64,000 nt of DNA. Source: Escherichia coli. GTDB lineage: Bacteria; Pseudomonadota; Gammaproteobacteria; Enterobacterales; Enterobacteriaceae. Under the pieces are notes generated by a model. That model saw nothing but the letters and a program-made list of their open reading frames with translations, was not told the DNA's origin and made no database searches. The stretch lies in assembly GCF_030013205.1 (NCBI RefSeq), contig NZ_CP122648.1; one strand, written 5' to 3'. Below are positions 20,638 to 30,656 of the stretch, in pieces. Position 1 is the stretch's first letter. Each line of letters opens with the position of its first letter. Both the position numbers and the translations under genes were made by a program.

Positions 20638-20694
20638 ATCCTATCCTTTTGGCCTCTGGAAATAGAGGGCCGACCAGCTGATCGGCCCGAGGGG

Positions 20695-21885
20695 TTATTT
20701 CACGCGTTCTTGCGCTTCTTTCAGCAGTTGCTCGAGCAGTGCACCTGGTTTGGCGTATTTACGGGACAGGATCATCGCGGCGATGATATAAGGCTTCCAG
20801 CTGGCTTCTTTGTAGGTTGCGATACGGTATTTTTCGAATACGCCTTCAGTCACTTCACCTTCTTTACAGGATACGCCGCTGATATCAGCTGGCAGGCAGT
20901 GCATGTACAGGGCTTCGCCATCACGGGTCAGTTCCATCATCTCTTCAGTACAATGCCAGTCTTTGTGTTGCGCGTTCTGTGCCAGACACTGTTTTTCCAG
21001 TGCTTTTAAGCCTTCGTGGTCGTTCGCACGCAGCAATTCAGTACGCTCTTCCATCACTTTGTAAGGTGCCCATGACTTCGGATAAACGATGTCTGCGTCT
21101 TTGAAGGCTTCTTCCATGCTGGTGACCTGACGGAAGCTACCACCGGATGCTTTAGCATTGTTTTTCGCCACTTCAACCACATCCGGGATCAGGTCGTAGC
21201 CTTCCGGATGGGCCAGGGTGACATCCATACCGAAGCGAGTCATCAGACCGATGATGCCTTGTGGTACAGAGAGCGGTTTGCCATAGCTTGGGGAGTAGGC
21301 CCAGGTCATGGCGATTTTTTTACCTTTCAGGTTTTCCAGTGAACCAAAGTGTTCACGTAACCATGCCAGGTCAGCCATTGACTGAGTCGGGTGGTCAATA
21401 TCGCATTGCAGGTTCACTAAAGCCGGACGTTGCGGCAGTACACCATGCTTGTAACCGTCATCAAGTGCAGCGCCAACTTCACGCATATAGGCGTTGCCTG
21501 CGCCCAGATACATATCGTCACGAATACCGATGGCATCGGCGCAGAAGGAGATCATATTGGCGGTTTCACGCACGGTTTCGCCGTGAGCGATTTGTGATTT
21601 GCCTTCGTCGAGATCTTGCTGTGCAAGGCCGAGCAGGTTAAGCGCGGAAGCATAAGAGAAACGGGTACGGGTGGAGTTGTCGCGGAATACGGAAATACCT
21701 AATCCACTATTAAAGACTTTGGTTGAGATGTTTTCAGCACGCAGTGCTTTTAATGCTGCGGCAACGTCCAGTACTTGTTTCAGTTCATCTGGCGTCTGTT
21801 CCCACGTTAACAAAAAATCTTTCTCGTGAAGGTGAGAGGTCAGCGAATTGATATCCTTAATCAGCTCATTAACAGTTTTCATCAT
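20695..21885 (-). CDS. ygeW: carbamoyltransferase (ATCase/OTCase-like)
   Basis: 396-aa ORF with the carbamoyl-phosphate-binding STRTR motif. Confidence 0.88.
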   Translation of the reverse strand: MMKTVNELIKDINSLTSHLHEKDFLLTWEQTPDELKQVLDVAAALKALRAENISTKVFNSGLGISVFRDNSTRTRFSYASALNLLGLAQQDLDEGKSQIAHGETVRETANMISFCADAIGIRDDMYLGAGNAYMREVGAALDDGYKHGVLPQRPALVNLQCDIDHPTQSMADLAWLREHFGSLENLKGKKIAMTWAYSPSYGKPLSVPQGIIGLMTRFGMDVTLAHPEGYDLIPDVVEVAKNNAKASGGSFRQVTSMEEAFKDADIVYPKSWAPYKVMEERTELLRANDHEGLKALEKQCLAQNAQHKDWHCTEEMMELTRDGEALYMHCLPADISGVSCKEGEVTEGVFEKYRIATYKEASWKPYIIAAMILSRKYAKPGALLEQLLKEAQERVK

Positions 21886-22360
21886 AAAGTCCCGGTAGTG
21901 GAATGACAGGCAAAGTGGTTTATTTCACTGTGACTTGCCAAAGTGATTGGTGTTTTCACAGCTATGCCTGGGACTAACAATAAGTGTGCCAGAATTATCC
22001 TCGGGGCTGCAAAAGACTAATTTGACGGATAATGTGTGGGGTTGATCACAAATTGATGCCAGCTTCCGGTTGTTTGTAAAATACGAAAACGTTTGGCTTT
22101 TTTTATCGCGTTATTTATTTGCTGCTAAGTATCAGAAATAAGATAAAGGGACAGGCGATCTCTCTTCAGTTTGATAAACTCACCGCCGTAATTCTCATAT
22201 TGATATAGAAATGTGATATCTCTTCCATAATTTCATTAGAAAGTGATAAAAATCTTATGTTTTTATCAAAGCCAATTTCGCCTGAGTTAATATCATCATG
22301 ATCTATGAACCATCAACGTCTTCAATGATCGACTTTTAAGTAAGTCTGGAAGGTAAAGCT

Positions 22361-24139
22361 ATGGAGCTTGCTACTACGCAGTCAGTATTGATGCAAATTC
22401 AACCGACAATTCAGCGTTTTGCCAGAATGCTTGCCAGCGTTTTGCAGCTTGAGGTTGAGATCGTTGATGAAAACTTGTGTCGCGTCGCCGGAACGGGCGC
22501 GTATGGGAAGTTTCTTGGTCGCCAGTTGAGCGGCAACTCACGCCTGCTCCGCCACGTCCTGGAAACGAAAACTGAAAAAGTTGTGACACAGTCTCGCTTC
22601 GATCCCCTTTGTGAAGGTTGCGATAGTAAAGAAAATTGCCGCGAAAAAGCATTTCTGGGTACGCCTGTCATTTTACAGGATCGTTGTGTTGGGGTGATAA
22701 GTTTGATTGCCGTTACCCACGAGCAACAAGAGCATATCAGTGATAATTTACGCGAATTTTCTGATTATGTTCGCCATATATCCACCATTTTTGTTTCGAA
22801 ACTTCTGGAGGATCAGGGGCCAGGAGATAACATCAGTAAAATATTCGCGACCATGATCGATAATATGGATCAGGGCGTATTAGTTGTTGATGATGAAAGT
22901 CGGGTTCAGTTTGTTAATCAGACTGCCTTAAAAACACTTGGTGTTGTACAAAATAATATTATTGGGAAACCTATCCGTTTCAGACCATTAACATTTGAGA
23001 GTAATTTTACCCATGGACATATGCAGCATATTGTTTCGTGGGACGATAAAAGTGAATTAATCATTGGTCAATTGCATAACATTCAGGGCCGACAATTATT
23101 TTTAATGGCGTTTCACCAATCGCATACCAGTTTTTCTGTAGCAAATGCACCTGATGAACCGCATATTGAACAATTGGTTGGCGAGTGCCGTGTTATGCGG
23201 CAATTAAAACGACTCATTAGCCGTATTGCACCCAGCCCATCCAGCGTTATGGTGGTTGGTGAAAGCGGCACGGGTAAAGAAGTTGTCGCCCGTGCAATCC
23301 ATAAGTTGAGCGGAAGACGGAATAAACCCTTTATTGCTATCAACTGTGCCGCGATTCCGGAGCAGCTTCTGGAGAGCGAACTGTTCGGTTATGTTAAAGG
23401 CGCATTTACTGGCGCTTCTGCCAACGGTAAAACAGGGTTGATTCAGGCGGCGAATACGGGCACGCTGTTTCTCGATGAAATAGGTGATATGCCATTAATG
23501 TTGCAGGCTAAATTACTGCGCGCTATTGAGGCGCGTGAAATTCTGCCGATTGGTGCCAGTAGCCCAATACAAGTCGACATTCGCATCATTTCTGCAACTA
23601 ACCAGAATTTGGCACAGTTCATTGCCGAAGGTAAATTCCGCGAAGATCTCTTCTACCGACTTAATGTTATCCCGATAACTCTGCCACCGCTGCGTGAACG
23701 TCAGGAAGATATTGAATTACTGGTGCATTACTTTTTACATCTGCATATCCGTCGGCTGGGATCGGTTTATCCTGGCATTGCTCCCGATGTCGTCGAAATA
23801 TTGCGTAAGCATCGTTGGCCCGGAAACCTGCGCGAGTTAAGCAATTTGATGGAATATCTGGTTAACGTTGTTCCTTCAGGTGAAGTTATCGACAGCACGC
23901 TATTGCCGCCAAATCTGCTGAATAATGGCACAACGGAGCAAAGTGATGTAACAGAGGTCACTGAGGCACACCTGTCACTCGATGATGCGGGCGGCACGGC
24001 GCTGGAGGAGATGGAAAAGCAAATGATCCGCGAGGCGCTTTCACGTCATAACAGCAAGAAGCAAGTTGCTGATGAACTGGGCATCGGCATTGCTACGCTC
24101 TATCGCAAGATTAAGAAATATGAGTTGTTAAACACATAA
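22361..24139 (+). CDS. ygeV: sigma54-dependent transcriptional activator (enhancer-binding protein)
   Basis: 592-aa ORF; AAA+ Walker A GESGTGKE, the sigma54-contact GAFTGA motif, and a C-terminal Fis-type HTH. Confidence 0.9.
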   Translation: MELATTQSVLMQIQPTIQRFARMLASVLQLEVEIVDENLCRVAGTGAYGKFLGRQLSGNSRLLRHVLETKTEKVVTQSRFDPLCEGCDSKENCREKAFLGTPVILQDRCVGVISLIAVTHEQQEHISDNLREFSDYVRHISTIFVSKLLEDQGPGDNISKIFATMIDNMDQGVLVVDDESRVQFVNQTALKTLGVVQNNIIGKPIRFRPLTFESNFTHGHMQHIVSWDDKSELIIGQLHNIQGRQLFLMAFHQSHTSFSVANAPDEPHIEQLVGECRVMRQLKRLISRIAPSPSSVMVVGESGTGKEVVARAIHKLSGRRNKPFIAINCAAIPEQLLESELFGYVKGAFTGASANGKTGLIQAANTGTLFLDEIGDMPLMLQAKLLRAIEAREILPIGASSPIQVDIRIISATNQNLAQFIAEGKFREDLFYRLNVIPITLPPLRERQEDIELLVHYFLHLHIRRLGSVYPGIAPDVVEILRKHRWPGNLRELSNLMEYLVNVVPSGEVIDSTLLPPNLLNNGTTEQSDVTEVTEAHLSLDDAGGTALEEMEKQMIREALSRHNSKKQVADELGIGIATLYRKIKKYELLNT

Positions 24140-24148
24140 CCTCAGTGA

Positions 24149-24180
24149 ATCCGGCCTGAATTCAGGCCGGATATCCTTTT
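24149..24180. terminator. bidirectional hairpin between convergent ygeV and xdhC
   Basis: Perfect palindrome ATCCGGCCTGAA/TTCAGGCCGGAT (24149-24172) followed by a T-rich tract. Confidence 0.5.
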
Positions 24181-24658
24181 ACTTCGTTTTCTCGCAATCC
24201 AGAACTGTATTTACAATCATCTGATACCCCGTGCAGCGACAAAGATTTCCCGCCAGTCCGCGACGAATTTCCGTAATCGTTAATGGCTTCTCGCGTGGTT
24301 TCGCCAGCATTGCTGTGGTAGCCATAATCAGGCCAGGCGTACAAAACCCGCACTGCACCGCGCCGGATTTCGCATAAGCCTGCTGAACATGAGAAAGTTT
24401 TCCGCCTTTCGCTTCACCTTCCAGCGTGCGGATCTCTTTTCCTTCAGCCCAGGCGGCAAGGTATAAGCAACTGTCTATTGCTGTGCCGTCGACCAGCACC
24501 GTACAGGCACCACATTCACCCACGCAGCACCCTTGTTTGACACTTAGCAGTCCTTGTTCGCGGAGTAATTCCGAGAGCGGCGTGCCTGGTGCGGCGTGAA
24601 GCTGAAAAGGGAGCCCGTTAATGGCGCATTCGATGGTAATTGTTTCGCTGTGATTCAT
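24179..24658 (-). CDS. xdhC: xanthine dehydrogenase Fe-S subunit (2Fe-2S ferredoxin-like)
   Basis: 159-aa ORF; cysteine motifs [10 protein letters not shown] and CGFCTPG. Confidence 0.9.
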   Translation of the reverse strand: MNHSETITIECAINGLPFQLHAAPGTPLSELLREQGLLSVKQGCCVGECGACTVLVDGTAIDSCLYLAAWAEGKEIRTLEGEAKGGKLSHVQQAYAKSGAVQCGFCTPGLIMATTAMLAKPREKPLTITEIRRGLAGNLCRCTGYQMIVNTVLDCEKTK

Positions 24659-25533
24659 TGCAATTTTCCCCCCGCCGCGGCGACGGCTTCGCTAATCACT
24701 TTTTTGGTCATCGTCTGGATGAGATGCAGACGAAACTCTTTACTGGCCCGCCATGAAGAACGCGGGGCGACATCTTGCAGGACAGATTCGCTGATAGCTT
24801 CCAGCGTTTGCAGGTTTAATGGCGCATTTTGTGCAGTCTGTTCGGCATGTTGGCAGCGAATCGGCGTTGGCGCGGCAACACCAAATGCCAGACGTAATTC
24901 GCTGAAATTGCCGTTATCCAGTCGGCAATGTGCGGCGCAGCCAATCGTTGAAATATCCATTGCGTCGCGCATGGCATATTTAAAATGCGCGCTGCCCGCG
25001 TGTTCTTTCGGCTGGGGCGGAAAATGAAAGGCGACAAGGATTTCGTCATGCTCAAGAGACACTTTGCCCGGCCCAGTGTGAAAGCCATTAATCGGGACGA
25101 AACGAACACCGCGCGGGGAGTGAATCTCCAGTTTCGCGTCATAAATTAGCGTTGGCGTGGCAGAATCTGCGCTGGTAGCACCGTTGCAAATATTTCCACC
25201 GTAGGTAGCGACGTTACGGATCTGCGGTCCGGCAATGGATGAGGCCGCAGCACATAACGCTGGGAGATGACGTTGAGTTACAGGATCTTCAATGAGCTGG
25301 GTAAATGTCGTTGCAGAGCCGATACGTAGTGAGCCATCTTCCGCCAGCGTAATTCCCCGCAGCTCCACCAGATTATGAATATCAACAATATGGCGATAAC
25401 GGTCATTGTGATGGTGGAGCTGAATCAGTACGTCAGTGCCACCGGCGAGCAGTTTGGCCTGCGGGTTGTCAGCCAGCAGGTTGATGGCATCGGCAAGGGT
25501 TGCTGCGCGATGGTAAGAAGCAAAATCAAACAT
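24655..25533 (-). CDS. xdhB: xanthine dehydrogenase FAD-binding subunit
   Basis: 292-aa ORF; 4-nt overlap with xdhC. Confidence 0.9.
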   Translation of the reverse strand: MFDFASYHRAATLADAINLLADNPQAKLLAGGTDVLIQLHHHNDRYRHIVDIHNLVELRGITLAEDGSLRIGSATTFTQLIEDPVTQRHLPALCAAASSIAGPQIRNVATYGGNICNGATSADSATPTLIYDAKLEIHSPRGVRFVPINGFHTGPGKVSLEHDEILVAFHFPPQPKEHAGSAHFKYAMRDAMDISTIGCAAHCRLDNGNFSELRLAFGVAAPTPIRCQHAEQTAQNAPLNLQTLEAISESVLQDVAPRSSWRASKEFRLHLIQTMTKKVISEAVAAAGGKLQ

Positions 25534-25543
25534 GATGTTATCC

Positions 25544-27796
25544 TCAAATCAATCCTGCCAGATGGAACTCTTCATATAACCGTTTTGGCGTCAGCGGCAG
25601 TGTATTGATTGCAACACCGGTAGCCATCTTCACCGCGTTACGAATAGCAGCGGCAACAGGAATTATTGGTGGCTCACCCAGTGACTTATGTCCGTATGCG
25701 GATTGCGGCTCATTGATTTCGACGAACGCGCTTTCCAGTTGTGGCAGATCCGGCATGGTCGGCATTTTGTAATCCAGCAGGTTGGGGTTACGGACCACGC
25801 CGCTTTTCGCATCAATGATCATCTCTTCAAATAGCGCCCAGCCAATGCCCATTCCGCCGTGTACCTGACCTTCTGCCAGTAGCGGATTAAGAATATGGCC
25901 CGAATCATGAACGTTGAGGATGCGGTTGATGGTGACTTTGCACAGCGCAATATCGATCGTCAGATCAACAAAGGTACAGCCAAACGCTGGTGGGTTAGTG
26001 GTGGTTTTGATGGAGCTTTCGGCAGAGAGCTGCCCGCCGCGTTCAGGGTGGTAGAAAGCGTCCATCGCCAAATCTTTTAACGACATTAACGGCTCTTCCG
26101 GTCGTTCAACCAGCACGATATGGCCTTTTATCAGGGTCAGATTCATCGCTGACTGATGTAGCATGACTGCGGCGTGAGCGATGATTTTCTCTTTTAATAA
26201 CAGTGCCGCACTGCGCAGCGCAGGCGCGGCAACATAGCTCTGGCGTGAGGCAAATGCGCCGGGATCGAACGGCGTAACATCGGTATCTTGTGTTGAAATA
26301 ACGCGAACGTCGCTGACCGGAACCCCCACGGTTTCTGCCACCATTTGCGAGAAGACGGTGTCGGCACCCTGACCGATTTCCGTCGCGCCGCTTTGCACGT
26401 TGATGGTTCCATCCTGATTCATCAGAAGGCGCGCGCCTGCTATTTCTACGCCGACAGGCCAGGTGTTCGAGGTGTAGCTAAAACAGGCGACGCCAACGCC
26501 GCGGCGTAAATTGCCTTTCTGGTTCTGGCACTCTGCACGGCGTTTTTCCCATTCAAAGATTTTCCGGCCTTTTTCAAGACACTCCGGCAACCCTGCGCTG
26601 TAAATACGTTTGCCCGTGAGCGGATTAGCATCTCCTTCGCGGGCGGCGTTGCGTAAACGAATTTCAACAGGATCAATACCTAACGCTGTCGCGGCGTCAT
26701 CAAGCATAGACTCAACGGCAAATACGACTTGTGGCGCGCCATAACCACGCATCGCACCAGCCGAGGGGAGGTTGGTATAGCAGGTCTTTGAACTGTAAGC
26801 GTAGGCACAACGAGGATAAAGGTAAGCGACTTTATTCCCCCCTGCAGAAGCGATGGAGTGCCCGTGAGATGCATAAGCGCCGGTGTTAGACAGAACATCC
26901 AGACTATAACCTTTCAATGTTCCGTCGCGGTTCACGCCCATTTGCCCGTCAATAGTAAAAGCGTGGCGGGTACGGGTTGCGAGGAAACACTCTTCACGGC
27001 TAAGGGAAACTTTCACCGGAATGCCGCCAAGCTTGCTGGTCAGGAATGCTGCCATTGGCTCTTCCAGTACATCCTGTTTATTACCAAAACCGCCACCGAC
27101 AAACGGTTTGATGACTCGTACGCATGACCAGGGGATATCCAGCGCCTGACCAACCACGCGGCGAACAATGTGCGGGATCTGGGTGCTGGAAACGATGGTA
27201 ATTCGCGAGTCATCCTCCATCCATGCCAGCGATGTCACGCTTTCCATGTGACAATGTTGAATGATCGGCGTCTGATAGTGCCCCTGTACCTGGTAGTCGG
27301 CGGCATCGATTGTTTGTTGGACATTGCCCGTCGTCATCGTGCTTTGTTTTAGTAAATTGCCGCCATTATGGATTGGTTCAGCGTCATCAGCCAGCGCCGC
27401 TTCTGGGGTGGTGATAACGGGTAATTCTTGCCACTCAATGCTGACCAATTGCGCCGCTTTTTCTGCCGTGAGTTCATCACGGGCCACGACGATGGCAACG
27501 GCGTCACCATGGTGACGAACATGGCGAGTTAGCAGTGCGCGATCGGCGGTATCGCGCTTGTTTTCGTCAAGTGTCCAGGCATGCCCAGCTGTAGCGAATG
27601 GGATATCAGGCACATCTTCCCAGGTAAAAATCGCCAGTACGCCCGGTAAACTTCTGGCTTGTTCATCATTAATACTTACGGCATAACCATGTGCGATAGG
27701 GCTACGTACATATTTCGCGTAACACATGCCCGCCATAACATAATCGTCAGTATATCGTGCCCGCCCGGTGACCTTAGCAATGGCATCTACGCGCAT
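25544..27796 (-). CDS. xdhA: xanthine dehydrogenase molybdopterin-binding subunit
   Basis: ORF track 25544..27835; start taken at MRVDAIAKVTGRARYTDDY (27796) with an AGGTGA RBS. Confidence 0.9.
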   Translation of the reverse strand: MRVDAIAKVTGRARYTDDYVMAGMCYAKYVRSPIAHGYAVSINDEQARSLPGVLAIFTWEDVPDIPFATAGHAWTLDENKRDTADRALLTRHVRHHGDAVAIVVARDELTAEKAAQLVSIEWQELPVITTPEAALADDAEPIHNGGNLLKQSTMTTGNVQQTIDAADYQVQGHYQTPIIQHCHMESVTSLAWMEDDSRITIVSSTQIPHIVRRVVGQALDIPWSCVRVIKPFVGGGFGNKQDVLEEPMAAFLTSKLGGIPVKVSLSREECFLATRTRHAFTIDGQMGVNRDGTLKGYSLDVLSNTGAYASHGHSIASAGGNKVAYLYPRCAYAYSSKTCYTNLPSAGAMRGYGAPQVVFAVESMLDDAATALGIDPVEIRLRNAAREGDANPLTGKRIYSAGLPECLEKGRKIFEWEKRRAECQNQKGNLRRGVGVACFSYTSNTWPVGVEIAGARLLMNQDGTINVQSGATEIGQGADTVFSQMVAETVGVPVSDVRVISTQDTDVTPFDPGAFASRQSYVAAPALRSAALLLKEKIIAHAAVMLHQSAMNLTLIKGHIVLVERPEEPLMSLKDLAMDAFYHPERGGQLSAESSIKTTTNPPAFGCTFVDLTIDIALCKVTINRILNVHDSGHILNPLLAEGQVHGGMGIGWALFEEMIIDAKSGVVRNPNLLDYKMPTMPDLPQLESAFVEINEPQSAYGHKSLGEPPIIPVAAAIRNAVKMATGVAINTLPLTPKRLYEEFHLAGLI

Positions 27797-28247
27797 GCAT
27801 GATTCACCTGTAGCGGTTGCTTCCCGCGCTTCCATAGAAATCCCCTCGATTTGAACATTTGGTTCTTATGGCAAAGATTTAGTCTAAGCAGGCAAGATTT
27901 ACGCCAGAAACGACGATAAGCGTTAAGGGAGGAAGGAAGTGTGATGATGTTAAAAAAACACAGATATGATACGAAACAGGACCCTGAATAGGGGCAGTGA
28001 TACGTATCAATATGAGTGGCGATAAAATCAATGTGATAAATTGGGATTATTACGCATCAGGATGGGAAATAGGGTAAATGAGTCAGGAAATTCGATACAT
28101 CTACAGTGAATATTTTGCTGATGATACTTCCCTTTGCCAAATGAAATTAACCTCTTTCTCTATTACCGCGTTTTTCCAGAAGCAAGAGATTGGGTATCAA
28201 GAGGCTGGCTGCTATGATATGGCGTCTTGTTTTTTAAGCGAGGAAAG

Positions 28248-29003
28248 ATTTTGAGTGCGGGACGCCTGAATAAAAAATCTCTGGGTATCGTGATGTTGTT
28301 ATCGGTTGGACTGCTTTTGGCGGGCTGCTCGGGTAGCAAATCATCCGATACAGGAACGTATTCCGGCTCCGTTTACACCGTGAAACGGGGGGATACGCTA
28401 TATCGTATTTCGCGCACCACGGGAACCAGCGTAAAAGAGCTGGCGCGACTGAACGGCATTTCCCCCCCTTACACCATTGAAGTTGGTCAGAAACTAAAAC
28501 TGGGTGGGGCGAAAAGTAGCAGTACACGTAAATCAACCGCCAAATCAACGACCAAAACCGCATCGGTTACACCGTCATCAGCAGTACCGAAATCTTCCTG
28601 GCCGCCAGTAGGGCAACGTTGTTGGTTATGGCCAACGACAGGGAAAGTTATCATGCCGTATTCGACAGCTGATGGCGGCAATAAAGGGATTGATATCTCA
28701 GCTCCACGGGGTACACCTATTTACGCCGCGGGTGCAGGAAAGGTGGTGTATGTGGGCAACCAGCTGCGTGGCTACGGTAATCTCATCATGATTAAACACA
28801 GTGAAGATTACATTACGGCTTACGCCCATAATGACACGATGCTGGTAAATAATGGGCAAAGCGTGAAGGCTGGGCAAAAAATCGCCACTATGGGGAGCAC
28901 TGATGCGGCATCGGTTCGCCTGCATTTCCAGATTCGTTACCGTGCAACGGCAATTGATCCGCTACGTTACTTGCCGCCTCAGGGCAGCAAGCCAAAATGC
29001 TGA
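28248..29003 (+). CDS. ygeR: LysM-domain, M23 peptidase-like lipoprotein
   Basis: TTG start after a GAGGA RBS; lipobox LLLAGCSG; LysM (YTVKRGDTLYRISR) plus C-terminal M23-like domain; 251 aa. Confidence 0.85.
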   Translation: MLSAGRLNKKSLGIVMLLSVGLLLAGCSGSKSSDTGTYSGSVYTVKRGDTLYRISRTTGTSVKELARLNGISPPYTIEVGQKLKLGGAKSSSTRKSTAKSTTKTASVTPSSAVPKSSWPPVGQRCWLWPTTGKVIMPYSTADGGNKGIDISAPRGTPIYAAGAGKVVYVGNQLRGYGNLIMIKHSEDYITAYAHNDTMLVNNGQSVKAGQKIATMGSTDAASVRLHFQIRYRATAIDPLRYLPPQGSKPKC

Positions 29004-29036
29004 TGGCGAATTAATCAGCAGTCAGCAGCGCGGCAC

Positions 29037-29064
29037 TTGCTAAGGAGAGCGTAAGGTTTATAAT
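29037..29064 (+). promoter_or_regulatory. putative sigma70 promoter of glyU
   Basis: TTGCTA (29037-29042), 16-bp spacer, TATAAT (29059-29064), about 27 bp upstream of the mature tRNA 5' end. Confidence 0.5.
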
Positions 29065-29091
29065 GCCTTACGCATCTCGAAGCGGGCGTAG

Positions 29092-29165
29092 TTCAATGGT
29101 AGAACGAGAGCTTCCCAAGCTCTATACGAGGGTTCGATTCCCTTCGCCCGCTCCAAACAAACATT
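29092..29165 (+). tRNA. glyU: tRNA-Gly (anticodon CCC)
   Basis: 74-nt cloverleaf GCGGGCG...CGCCCGCUCCA; anticodon stem AGAGC/GCUCU around loop UUCCCAA; T-arm GGUUCGAUUCC. Confidence 0.95.
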
Positions 29166-29319
29166 TCTCAACGTCTACTAAAGTCCATCAAACCCACGAA
29201 TATCAAGCCTTCCAGCCATTTTCATAGTTTATTAACGTCTACTCACAACTACCAGAATCTACACACAGAAGTGTATAGTAATGCGTATAGGACAAAATTT
29301 ATTTTTTGGAGCTATACAC

Positions 29320-30534
29320 ATGCTGCTTTCAGACCTTGCCATCAGGCGCGCGAAGCCGAAAGAAAAGGCTTATACACTCAATGACGGTAACGGGCTTTCG
29401 TTGCTCATTGAGCCGAACGGTTCGAAAGGGTGGCGACTGCGCTACAGGTTTGCAGGAAAGCCCAAAATGTTGTCGTTGGGTGTGTACCCTGATGTGTCTC
29501 TGTCTGATGCCAGGGCGGCAAGGGATGAGGCTAAAAGGCTTCTTGCTGGTGGTATAAATCCAAGTGAGGCCAGAAAAGCCCAAAAGCGAGAACAGGCGAG
29601 CAAATTTGGCAATACTTTTGAGGGTATTGCTCGCGAATGGTACGAAAAGCGGATCGACAGGTGGTCATCGTCATACGCCGAGGAAATGATCGAGACGTTT
29701 GAAAAAGATGTTTTTCCGTACATTGGCGGTAGGCCGATCGCAGAAATTAAGCCGATGGAATTGCTGGCGGTTCTTTCCCGTCTTAATGACCGTGGTGCGA
29801 CTGAAAAATTGCGTAAGGTTCGCCAGCGATGCGGCGAGGTGTTCCGGTACGCAATCATCACCGGACGCGCCGAATATAATCCAGCCCCTGACCTGGTGAG
29901 CGCATTTGCTCCACATAAAAAAGAGCATTACGCCTATTTGAAGGCCGACGAACTGCCGGAATTTTTCCGCGTTTTTAATACGTACACCGGAAGCCAGATC
30001 GTCAAACTGGCAATGCGGCTATTAATTCTGACAGGTGTCAGACCCGGGGAATTACGGCAGGCAGAATGGCAGGAGATCGATTTTGATAATCGTTTGTGGG
30101 AAGTGCCTAAAGAACGAATGAAGATGCGCCGTCCGCATTGTGTGCCATTACCAGAACAGGCGATAAAAATACTGGAGCAGTTAAAAAACATGACAGGCCA
30201 GTATCAGTTTATTTTCCCCGGTCGTATTCGCCACAGTAAGCCAATGAGTGAAATGGCGATGAATGTGCTCATTCGTCGTATCGGCTATGCCGGGCGCGTT
30301 ACTGGTCATGGATTCCGGCACACCATGAGCACCATTTTGCATGAGCAGGGCTATAACACTGCGTGGATAGAAACGCAGCTCGCGCACGTCGATAAAAACT
30401 CAATTCGTGGCACGTACAACCATGCGCAATATCTGGACGGGCGGCGGGAAATGCTTCAGTGGTACGCTGATTATATGGATTCGCTCGAGCATGGCGGAAA
30501 TGTGGTGCATGGTGAGTTCGGAAAATGCGGGTGA
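29320..30534 (+). CDS. int: tyrosine integrase, P4 family
   Basis: ORF track 29281..30534; start taken at MLLSDLAIRRAKPK (29320); catalytic HGFRHT and RGTYNHA motifs. Confidence 0.9.
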   Translation: MLLSDLAIRRAKPKEKAYTLNDGNGLSLLIEPNGSKGWRLRYRFAGKPKMLSLGVYPDVSLSDARAARDEAKRLLAGGINPSEARKAQKREQASKFGNTFEGIAREWYEKRIDRWSSSYAEEMIETFEKDVFPYIGGRPIAEIKPMELLAVLSRLNDRGATEKLRKVRQRCGEVFRYAIITGRAEYNPAPDLVSAFAPHKKEHYAYLKADELPEFFRVFNTYTGSQIVKLAMRLLILTGVRPGELRQAEWQEIDFDNRLWEVPKERMKMRRPHCVPLPEQAIKILEQLKNMTGQYQFIFPGRIRHSKPMSEMAMNVLIRRIGYAGRVTGHGFRHTMSTILHEQGYNTAWIETQLAHVDKNSIRGTYNHAQYLDGRREMLQWYADYMDSLEHGGNVVHGEFGKCG

Positions 30535-30656
30535 CTGGTTGAGTATACAGTAGTAGACTTTGAGCGACGAAAGAAAAGGCTGTGTCTAGGGTCGCTCCCG
30601 AAAATCCGTACACCTCGACGGACTGGTACAGCCACTACAGTAGAGGACGCTGAGGT

